A stretch of DNA of 64,000 nt from assembly GCF_009914755.1 (NCBI RefSeq), contig NC_060928.1, one strand, 5' to 3'. The position numbers were made by a program, and so were the translations under genes. Below the pieces are notes generated by a model. That model did no database searches, had not been told where the DNA came from, and worked only from the letters and a program-made list of their open reading frames with translations. Of the stretch, positions 1 to 11,134 are shown piece by piece. The first letter of the stretch is position 1; each line of letters starts with the position of its first letter. The DNA is from the human T2T-CHM13v2.0 reference genome, Homo sapiens.

Positions 1-244
1 GAAGCACATATTATAGAAGACAAGCGTAAAGTCCAAAATGACTTAAGACAAAGTCGGGCAATTGATTTACGATTTGTCTGAATTGTGTGTTAAGAGACTT
101 AATAAGAACGTCAAACAGCTTAAAGGTGAAAGGGCTTTAGAAAAAGGCGAGGGCTGCCTTGCCTCCCCCAGCAATGCTGGTCTCACAGCTGTCTCCTACT
201 GACTTCCCCACCTTTGGTAAAGACTTCATCATGATCATTAATGC

Positions 245-435
245 CAGTAATGCCTTACACTTACAAAGCACTTCCTGTGATTTCCATGATTACATATTCC
301 ATAACAGTCATGGTAAGAAGACCTGGCAGGTCATTATTAATCTCATTTTACAGAGGGAGAAATTGAGGCCCAGAGAGATTCAGTGTTGCCCAAGGACAGG
401 CATTTAGTAAGTGGCAAAACTGATATCAGTATTGT
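245..435 (-). mobile_element. MIR SINE fragment
   Basis: Core 'cattttacagagggagaaattgaggcccagagag...gcccaagg...ttagtaagtggcaaaac' matches the reverse of the MIR core; boundaries approximate. Confidence 0.8.
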
Positions 436-479
436 GACACCCCCTCCTCTGTACCCCAGGGCTGTTTTCCAAATTTGGG

Positions 480-1112
480 CCACATTCTTTCTTATTTGGA
501 TCATTATAATAGCTAGCTAAATGTGTCCCCATTTCTAGTCTTTTTCCTGTTTAATTTTTGATTTACACTGTAGTAGAATCGTCCTCCCATAACAAGGCTT
601 AAATCATGTCTACTTTCGTCTTTAAAAATCTTTAATGTCTCTCTCCATAGCCTATCCACAAAAGCCCAACATCCTTCCAGTATGCTCAGGGCCTGTGATA
701 CTCTGTCTCAGACAGTGCACCCTGAATATTTTAGCACTGTTCTACCCGTCATTAGCCAGATCTACCCTCTACCTTCTCACATCTCCATGCATTTGCTTAT
801 GCTTTTCTTCATGAAGCACTTTTCCTTTGTTCATCCATTATTTAAACCCTGCTCATCCTTCAAGGCTCACTTCAAATGCCCTTTGTTTCACAGAATCGTC
901 CCAGATGGCTGCAGCCAAAATCAACAGCCCTTTTCTTTATTGCTGTACATCCTTATAGAACTTGTTTTACTATATTTTGTGTTACAGTTCAAGTGCCCAG
1001 GCCTGAACCACCCATCCTACACTTTCAGGTCTTTGAAGGATGTCAGGAGTTTTGCCTTATTCTTCATTTTCACTCATGGTACATACTGAGCAAACATTTA
1101 TTTAATGAATAA
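480..1112 (+). mobile_element. L2 LINE 3' fragment, highly diverged
   Basis: 'tcatccttcaaggctcacttcaaatgccc' and terminal 'catggtacatactgagcaaacatttatttaatgaataaa' resemble the L2 3' end. Confidence 0.65.
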
Positions 1113-1173
1113 ACTTGTTAAAAGGAAACATATTTAGTGTTTCTAGAAAAGCAGACCATTTGGGCTCTACAGA

Positions 1174-1360
1174 ACAGTGATTCTCCAAATTACTTGTGTC
1201 CTTCAGGCATCTTTCTGGCTAGCTACATAAAAATTATCCGGACCACTTGTTGAAAATACTGAGTCCTGGGCTCTAACTCCAGAACTTTTTGTCTGGGAAT
1301 ATGAAACTTAGCACATTTCCCAGGTGAATTGTATGCTAACCCATGCTTAGGAACCACTGG
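1174..1360. mobile_element. MER5-family hAT MITE
   Basis: Ends 'cagtgattctccaaa' ... 'ttaggaaccactg'; internal 'cttgttgaaaatactgagtcctgggc'. Confidence 0.65.
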
Positions 1361-1429
1361 TGTAAAATACTGTGAACCTCAAAAAAATTTGTTTAAATTT
1401 ACAGAGATACCTGTATATATATTAATTTA

Positions 1430-1842
1430 AAAATTTGTTTAAATTTACAGGGAAACCTGTATATATGGAACAACACGATGTTTTGAAATATATGTACATT
1501 GTGGAAACAGTTAAATCTAGCTAATTCACAAATACATGATCTCACATAGTTTTTTTTTGTGTGGTGAGAACATTTAACATCCACTATCTTTGCATTTAAA
1601 AGAATACAATATATTGTCATTCAATATAGTCACATGCCGTACAATGTATCTTTTGAACTTATTCCTTTTATCTATAATTACATATCCTTTGGCCAACATC
1701 TCATCTCCCTTCTGCCCTAACCACCTCAGACTCTCATAACCACTCTCCTACTCCCTACTTCTATGAGGTCAACATTTTTAGGTTCCACATAAATGAGATC
1801 ATATAGTAGTGTTTTTTTTTTTTTTTTTTGCACCTGACTTAT
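1430..1842 (-). mobile_element. L1MA 3' UTR fragment
   Basis: 'acaacacgatgttttgaaatatatgtacattgtgg...gtggtgagaacatttaacatccactatc...ttttaggttccacataaatgagatcat' matches the reverse L1MA 3' end. Confidence 0.8.
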
Positions 1843-2516
1843 GGATGTTTTGATCTATAAAATCAGTCAAGTTGGCTGAAGTTGGGCTAAATTCACTCAT
1901 GACACAGGGGACTCCTATTTTTAAATACTTCCCTTTGTCACAAATTTCTCAGGCTTACAAGTGAATTTCAGGAGTGTTTTGTGTCACTGCAGGAAGCATA
2001 TCAGTAGCTTCCTGACTGGGGCAGGAGGGTGCTTTGATTTCGGTCTTCTTCCTGTTTTGACATTTTTTTTTGTTTTCTGATACTCATCTAATCCTTTCGA
2101 TTTCTTGTGACTTGTTGGTTTTTCACTGCTTATCATGTTTGCACATCCCTTTTTTTAATCCTCAAAATACCCCTAAACTTCTTATTTGATGAACACATCT
2201 TCTTCCTACTGTATAAAGAATCTTTATTTTTTCACTCTGGTTTCATATTCTTGCCTTTTCTGTTTGATCCGTTGTTATCCAGGTCTTGGTATTTTTCTTG
2301 GCATCCAAACATTGTAGAGCCAACTGTATGAACCCTCATCTGAATATATTCAGAGTAAGTTCTGCTGAGACCATTGCTTCATAATATTAAATACTTTACC
2401 TCAGAGGTAGATAGAGCAATCTGTCAGGGTAGATATCTATGGGTGTTTTGCCTACTCACGATACTAGTGTTATAAATTGTGTTTTCCTGCTACTAAAAAA
2501 AATATGTATCCCTTGC

Positions 2517-2910
2517 TGATATGATTTGGATTTGTGTCCCTGCCCAAATATCATGCCGAATGGTAATCCCCAGTGTTGGAGGAGAGGCCTGGTGGGAGAT
2601 GATTGGATCATGGGGCCAGTTTCTAATGGTTTAGCACTGTCCCTCAAGTGCTGTCCAGTGAGAGAGTTCTCCCAGGATCTGCTTGTTTAAAAGTGTGTTG
2701 GACCCTCCCTGCCTCTCTTTCTCCTGCTCCAGCCATGTAGGATATGTCTGCTTCCCCTTCGCCTTCTGCCATGACTGTAAGTTTCCTGAGGCCTCCCCAA
2801 CCATGCTTCCTGTGCAGCCTGCAGAACCATGAGTCAATTAAACCTCTTCTCTTCATAAATTACCCAGTCTCAGGTAATTCTTTGTAGCAATGTAAGGAGG
2901 AAATAATACA
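2517..2910 (+). mobile_element. MaLR solo LTR, MST family (MSTA-like)
   Basis: Starts 'tgatatgatttggatttgtgtccctgccc', contains 'gagtcaattaaacctc', ends 'aataca'. Confidence 0.9.
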
Positions 2911-3218
2911 TTTCCTTTTATATACTTAATAAGATTGACCATGAAGGATCATCGGCACTATAAAAAGTACAAAAATAGCATCAAGAACTGTAACTCCTTT
3001 TATTATTAGCATTTCTATCAGTGTTATTACTGGTACTACTATTACCATACATTATTTATAATCTACTACTATAAATATTTCTGCTTCAGCTGGCCCATGT
3101 GCCATTCTGATGTTACCCCACTGCCTGTTGCCTTGCAATGGTTTGCCTTGGACATCTTCTCCTCTGGGTTGCTGCATCTCCTACCCCTCCACTTTATCTC
3201 CAGAGGACTCAATCACCC

Positions 3219-3964
3219 CAAGATGGAGCAGGAACCCCTCTTGGGTATCTGCCAGACACCCACCTCCCACCAAGCATGGAAATGAAGGAAAATCTGAGTT
3301 TTTTTCAAGGGAAATTTCAAGTACCTAGTTACCCCTGAGAAGTAAATGCAACTTAATAAGCAAGAACGTAATAGTAGCTTAAAACAATAGCCAAGGAAGT
3401 TGGAGTCATGGGATGTATGGTTCCCTATAGAAACCAAAGTTCACATCTTAACATATGTCCCTGAGTTGTTTTTTAAAAACCTGAACTGCTACCAACCGGG
3501 TCTGCTGCACGTAGACCTCAGATCAGAAGGAAATGAAGACTGAACTCTGATCACATTTCTTTGTTTTAAATTTCTTCTTGAGGGGCCTGGAGGAAGTTCC
3601 TAGGCCAGAGCTAACATTCTTTTCTTCCTATCCCAAATTTTTAGACAAAGGTTTGCCTCCTGAACCAATTGCAAATTAGAAAACCTTCAAACCCACCTAT
3701 GACCTAAGGACCCCCTGACTTCCCCTCTCAAGATGTTTTGTCTTACAAAACCAATGTATTTCCTCCATGTCTTGATTTATGACTTTGCCTGTAACCTCTG
3801 CCTCTCTGCCTTTACAAACTCTTGCCTGTTAGCCATGTGGGAGTTTTGTTCTTAAGCAGGAGCTGCCTGATTCTTCTTGGAGCCCTTTCTCCTGCTGCAA
3901 ACCTTGGTGCAGATGTTTGTCCTCACTGTTCTGGGTGAGCAGAACCCAGTTCGGTTTGGTTACA
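3219..3964 (+). mobile_element. ERV1 solo LTR, MER39-like
   Basis: 'gagcaggaacccctctt...aagcatggaaatgaaggaaaatc...ttccctatagaaaccaaag...ggtttggttaca'; flanked by accc/accg, a plausible 4-bp TSD; strand is the inferred LTR sense. Confidence 0.7.
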
Positions 3965-4284
3965 ACCGTCTCCTGCTCCTTGGATTCTCATAGTTCTTAT
4001 GCTAGTTTGAGAGATACTTCAACTTTCTTTTCCTTATTTTGGGGATTTTCAGGGCTAAGTTTGTGAAGGGAGGGAGCCAGCAATCTTTGCTACCTTTCTA
4101 TCTTGTCAGGATCTAAATGCCAGGATTCCCCCCATGGTTTTATAAATGAAAACCACATGGGAGGGGAACTGATGTTTATTGCAGACCTCTTATTGTGGAG
4201 GAGGAGGTTTAAGCACCATAATAATGACAATGATGATGACAACAATGCCTCCTCCTCCCCCACCAGATATAAAACACTGTATTC

Positions 4285-4450
4285 ACTCCATGCCAAATCC
4301 TCACTACAATTCCTGCAAGGGAGGTAACATTATTGTTTTCTTGCCCATGGGAATGCTGAAGGTCTGAGAGGTTAGGTAACTGGTTCAAGGACACAGAGCA
4401 GAGAAGTGGCAGAAACTAGCTGCAATCTTCTGCTGCAACAATCAGACTGT
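4285..4450 (-). mobile_element. MIR fragment
   Basis: 'ctgaaggtctgagaggttaggtaactggttcaaggacacagagcagagaagtggcagaa'. Confidence 0.65.
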
Positions 4451-6459
4451 TGTCCTTTCTCCTGCTCTGCTTGGGAGTCCTCTGGGTATGAAATGCTGCA
4501 CTCAAGGCATAGAGTGAGCCGGTGACAACCCTGCCACCAAGCCCAGCCTGGTGGCTCTGGATCCTCTGCTGTCTTTGCCACCTGTTCGACCCTCATGCCC
4601 TGCTCTCTTCCTATTCAATGTCCAAGGATATCAACCAGTCCTTGAAATATGGTCTGGAAGCTACTGAGTGGAAAAATACCATGAGAACCTAGGAAGGAAA
4701 AAAAAAGTGAAGAGGAGAGACAAATACCCTATTTATCCCTCTTGACTTCATTACAAAAGATCTGCAAAGCTCACACAAAAAAAATCAACCTGCAAATCAT
4801 GTTATGGTTAATAAAGCAGTAAATTAAGCCTTCCTGGCTCTACCTGCAGTATCCTGAAGGTAGTCACAGTGCCCTTTCTGTTTCATTTTAGGGCCCAGTA
4901 CAAAAGGTTTTCACCTTAGCATAATTAACTTTTTATCATTAAGATTCTGAAAAATTGAATTGTGTTGGACACAGGTCACCGTAATGAGAATTTAATGGCG
5001 ACGTATTACAATGCTAGCTAAGCTTTGAGTGCGTGCTAAAGGCATCACATTGCTACTGACCTATGCAAATTTCCATCTCGGTGGCCCTTAGTTTTCCCCA
5101 CTGTGGCTTCCAGCCCCCTCCTCACTTTCTCCTCATCTCCTTAAACAATGATTCCCTCATTTTCATATTAATTGCATCACTTAACTGAGATAATGCTCCC
5201 TCTGAAATGAGCAAAGGGATGAATCACTGAAACGGGCCATTATTCTTTTTGCTTAACCAATTTCACAGGCCCCGCACAAAGCACTGCCTTCATTTGGCTT
5301 CCTATAATTGCTTATCATTAGGCCCAGCCGCCCCACGAAGTACCTTTTTATTTATTTAAGTCTCATCTCTGATGGATGGAAAATGAGTCACTTGCATATC
5401 TGAGAAGCCCAGGCTGTTCTGTGACCAGGCAAGGCGGTGGTGGAATACCCAGGAGAACTATGATGGCAGAATATCAAGGAGAAGCCACACCGGTGGGTGG
5501 CTTCACCTGTTCCCCTTTCCCATGGAGATTCCACTGCCATCAGGTGGTCCAGGGGCATCCAGCAGCAGCTGCATCAGCTCCCCAAGGCTGAGAGGAGAGA
5601 GGGCTTAATTCAGGGGATGACGGCAGCTTGGTGCCCATAGCGGGGTGTGCAAGGCTACCCCAGGTGTCCTCATCACCAGGGGCCACAGCATCCTACCTGT
5701 GGACAGGTGACTGGGGCAGGTGGGAGAGTGTACCTTGGCCTTGGCTTAATATTCTGGGTGCATCAGCATGATGAGATGGCTAAAGGAACCTTGTAGAAGA
5801 TTGTTATTCATTCTTTCTGTGTCTCTCTGTCCTTTAGGGGGCATATGATGGTGAATGAGAGGGAGAGAAGGAAAGGACATTTTTCAAGGGAAATTATGTT
5901 GTTATCAGCCACAGCCACACTCAGAAAGGCATTGAGAGAGAATGGCTCCCTTGCCATGAAAAGGAAATATTCCTATGAGCCTGTCAGGACATCTGGGCTG
6001 AAGCCTTCCCTGGAGGTTTCCTCTGAGCACACCATGTGCTTTTGTTCCTGCGGATGAAAGGGTCTGTCAGGGAGCTAGCTCTCCATGGCCTTGTGATCTG
6101 TCCCATCATAATATTGTTTCCTGGATATCGCTGCTGTGACTCACGCAGCCTCTCTGTTTGGTGGCTGCCTCAATATCACCCATCCCTCTCACCCACCTTT
6201 GTGTTCAGCCCTCCCCAGGTGCTTCAGCTCTGGACCTCCACCCTCACAGGACCTTGTCAAGAGGCTGGCCAGGTATAAATAACTTCTTTGAGAAGAAAGT
6301 ACAGTTTCCTGACTCTTCCCTTCCATTTTGTGTGATGTTCCTGGGAGGACTAATGAGGAATGAGACCCAGCCTGGAGTGACACATTCCCTGACATGAAGG
6401 GAGGTGACTTTGAAAGATGCCTGGGGCATGGTGTTCACTGCAGGGTTAGGATAAGGTGG

Positions 6460-6650
6460 GAGTTCTTAGAATGTGGTCCTGGAATCAGCAGCATCGGCAT
6501 CACCTGAGAACTTGTTAGAAACTAAATTCTCAGGCCCCAAACTAGACAATCAGAGAATCTGAGGGTGGGCTCCAGCAATCTGGGTTTTCACAGGCCCTCT
6601 GGGTGATTCTGATGCTCATTATGTGGGGGACCGCTGGCCCAAGACACTGT
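6460..6650. mobile_element. MER5A hAT MITE
   Basis: 'tgtggtcctggaatcagcagcatcggcatcacctgagaacttgttagaaa...aattctcaggcccc...gtgattctgatgc'. Confidence 0.85.
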
Positions 6651-7517
6651 ATTTTGGTTTGGATGTTTTGTTTTTTTCATAATTCTATCATATGTAGCAT
6701 CTCACTGAATTCTCACCATGATTTTGGAAAACTAGCAGGAGAAGGCAAAGCTGGTTGGGGTTATGCCCATTTTACAAATGAGAAGGTAAAAATCATAGAG
6801 GTTACATGACTTGCTCAGTAGGAGATTGATAAGGAGTGGTGAAAAATAAGGTTGAGGGCAAAGTAGGGCCAGATCATAGATGGGATTCTTGACAGACAGA
6901 GTAAAAAACAATAGAGAACCATGATAAGTTCTTGAGTTTGCAAACAGCAGAACAAAGTGGTGCTTTACAGAAAATAATTTGAAAGTGATGTTTGGGACAG
7001 ATTAGAGTAGGAGAAGCTAGAAGCCCTGTTATATCTGTTGGCAGTCCAAATTACCATGCTTTTAAAATTTCAGTAGTGCATTTTACTCCAGCAATGATCT
7101 GTAAATGCAGACAGGCTAACAGAGATGGGCCTTCCTTGTGCTCCTAAATCACACCATGTTACTTACCTCTCTGGATGTCAGTTTACTTGGCTCTAAATGG
7201 GAATTAGCCTATTCCATAAATTGCCCCTTTTTACAGGGTGTGACTAGTTTTTCTTTTTTTTGGATCAAACCATGCCAAACTTGGTGTATAGTTGGTGTTC
7301 GGAATCACTGAATTTTCTTGATTTAGAATTGACATGATGAAAGCGATAGTTTAAGAGAAATTGTAGAGTGGTGGCAGAGAGATATTTTCATTACTGTGAA
7401 CAACATATTATTAAAATAAACAGGTTGATGTTAAAGTTGACATATGTTTTAAAAATTAAACTGCTGAAAGATGCTTAAGAAAAACAATTCTTTACTGTTA
7501 CGGAGTACCTTATCATT

Positions 7518-7960
7518 TGTATTAGTTTATGTGGGCTTAACTCCTACAAGAAAGAAGCTAAAAATGTGGTAGTTCAAAACAATGGAGGCTTGTTTCCTTC
7601 TCACCTAAGAATCTAGCAGGGATGTTGCAGGTCAGCAAAGGGTTGGAGGTTGGCAGTGAGGAGCAAATTTCTGTTCCACACCGTCTTTCAGGGACTGAGG
7701 TTGACAGTGGCTCTATTATCATTAGTGTATGGCTTCCAAAGCTTGCTCACTTATTATTATTGGCTTCCGGTCATGGAAAGGAGACGACTATGCAAGAGTC
7801 TGGGCATTTTTTAGGTTAGGTCTTCATGTGACACTCAACACTTCCACTCATGATCCATCAGCTCAGACACACCAAAATTTGGCCACACCAAATTGTAGAG
7901 GAAGCTGGAACATTCAGATTATCTCTGTACCCAGGAAGAAAGGAAGAATAGATTTTAGTG
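7518..7960 (-). mobile_element. Old MaLR LTR (MLT1J/K-like)
   Basis: 'tgtattagtttat...cacttccactcatgatccatcagctcagac...ggccacaccaaattgtagaggaagctggaa'. Confidence 0.55.
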
Positions 7961-8582
7961 GACAATTGAAATTATTTCCAGAAAGCCTCTATTTTACTGA
8001 TGAAGATAATGAAACTCTGGTTTGGTGAATTCTTTTTGAAAACATTGGCGACCAATGCATGGACCTGGGAAAAAATCGAGGTCATTTCATTACCTCCCTA
8101 TATTTCAGCCAAAATGAAATTACGTATAAAACCAAGGATTTAGAGAATATCTACAACATGCCTAGGTCTGTCTGTGTCTGTGTTACATGTTTGGAATTCC
8201 GTGGTGGTCATAGTTCTACTGGCTTTGTGATCAAAGAGTAATTTTTGCATATGTTGAAGGATTCTTTTACCTTTGATCTTTAAGCACTCTTTGAAACCCT
8301 TAATCATATACCCTATTTCCAGGGTGGATTAAATTTTTTAGATAATACACATCATGTATTAAAAAGCCCTACATGTTCATAAGGCTATAAATTTCTCAAG
8401 AAGGGATGGAGTGAAATTTCTTGCTGTTTTATAGAATTTATGTAACATCTAGCATGGAGTTTTAAAATCAGACCATGAGGAGTTTTACTCTCAGTTACTC
8501 ATCTTTAGCCAGTTCATTTAACAATGTTAAAAGAAGTCATATTGTTTCCTTCTTTTTAAAAAAATTCTATATGCTGTATCTC

Positions 8583-8666
<84 letters not shown>
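8583..8666. repeat. Compound tetranucleotide STR (CTAT)10 CTA (CTAT)10
   Basis: Counted directly from the sequence. Confidence 0.97.
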
Positions 8667-8861
8667 AATTCTGTCTGTCTTAGAAGACAGTTGGGGTAAG
8701 TAATATGAGATAATAAATGTAAAAGGGATAAGAAATTACAAAATTTGATGCAGAGACATAGAATCATTATTACGATAATCCATCAGTACTCTGAATTTTA
8801 CCAGAGTACTGAATACACATTCACTGTCATGGAACATTTACAATGTTGTATGTGAGGTAGG

Positions 8862-9529
<668 letters not shown>

Positions 9530-10390
9530 GAAATTGATATGGGGAGTAGGGTGTTGCTATAACAAGGACCTAGAAATGTGGAAGCCATTTTGGAGTTTTG
9601 AAGTGCATGTGAAACAAAGCCTGCATTGCTGTGAACAGACTGTTAAGGGTAATTCTGGGAAGGGCCAAGAAGGAGAGGAGGAGAGCTGTAGAGAAGGCCT
9701 CAATATTCTTAAATGTAGAGTATCTAAGTGGTAATGAACAGAATGTTGGTGGGAATATGGACTGTAAAGGTCATTCTATTGAGATCACAGATGGAAATGA
9801 GGAATATGCTATTGGATAGTGAAACAAAGACCATTCTTGCTATAAAGGGGCAAAAAAACTTGGCTGAATTGTGTTTATGCCCTGGTGTTTTGTAGAAGTT
9901 AGAACTTGTGAAATGGGATATTTAGCCCAGGAATTATCTAGGCAAAGTTTGGGAGGAGCGACCTGACTCCTCTTGACTGCTTATAGTAAAATGTGAGAAG
10001 AGAGAAATAATTTAAAGATGAAATTGCTAATCAAAAGGAAAGCAGAATGTAAAGATTTGGAACATTCTCAGCCTATTCTTATTGAAAAGAATGATAAAAC
10101 CTGTTCAGGGAAGGAACATAAAGGGTGTGCCCAATCAACTTGATAAGGAGATTAGTTTAGATCTGCCATCTGAACAGAAGTTCAGGGCTATTCTCCAAGA
10201 CAATGGGAGAATGACCGTGAAGGCAATTTAGAAATCATCAGGGCTGCCACTACCATCGCAGCCACAGAGTGGAAGAGCCCTAGGAGTAGGATGGTTTTGA
10301 AAAAAGGACCGCTGCTTCCTCTGGTGCTGTGCTTCTTTGCCACCCCAGGCAGGGCCACCCCTGCCACTCTTTGGCAGGCTCTAGTGCAAC
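9530..10390 (+). mobile_element. MaLR internal region (MLT1-int), 5' part
   Basis: Directly follows the LTR: 'gaaattgatatggggagtagggtgttgctataac...aatgtggaagc', 'gatggaaatgaggaatatgctattgg', 'ttggctgaattgtgtt'. Confidence 0.8.
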
Positions 10391-10789
10391 ACAGGCAACA
10401 CACAGAATACTGAGGAAAGAACATTGACTCAGGAGGCCAAATACTTGGATTTGAGGCCTACTTCGGATAAATATTAACTATTTGAGATAGGAAAAATGAC
10501 TTTTACCCTCTATTTCCTGGGAGATAGAATAATAGCTTCTCTCCCTTATAATCTCACCGGGTTATTATAGGATCATAACATCTATATATCAAAAATATCT
10601 CAGAGTTTTTTTTTTTTTTTATGGGTTTGATGAGTCAATCACTCTTGGTTCTGTCCCTCTAAAGCTGCAAGAGCCATGCCAATGGAGCTTTATGTTACAG
10701 TTTGCTTAACATTTAATTGAGGTCTCAGGTGAGGCTGGGGTGCCTAAGATTCAAGCTTTTAAAAATGGATTATTATGCTATGGACTATT

Positions 10790-11134
10790 TTCCCTCTCTC
10801 TCTTTTTTTAAATTTTACTTTAAGTTCTGGGATACATGTGCAGAATGTGCAGGTTTGTTACATAGTTATACATGTGCCATGTGGTTTGCTGCACCTATTT
10901 ACCCATCCTTTAAGTTCCCTCCTCTCATCCTCCAACCCCCAACAGGCTGTGGTGTGTGATGTTCCCCTTCCTGTGTCCATGTGCTCTCATTGTTCACCTC
11001 CCACTTATGAGTGACAACATGCGGTGTTCGGTTTTCTGTTCCTGTGTTAGTTTGCTGAGGATGAAGGCTTCCAGCTTCATCCATGTCCCTGCAAAGGACA
11101 TAATTGCATTTCTTTTTCTGGCTGCATAGTATTC
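10790..11134 (-). mobile_element. 5'-truncated primate L1PA 3' end with 14-bp TSD
   Basis: 'ttactttaagttctgggatacatgtgcagaatgtgcaggtttgttac...ccagcttcatccatgtccctgcaaaggac'; TSD tgctatggactatt (10776-10789) / tgctgtggactatt (11135-11148). Confidence 0.93.

Noticed and set aside
682-1089. 135-aa ORF
   Set aside because: Lies within a decayed L2; no domain resemblance or supporting splice structure
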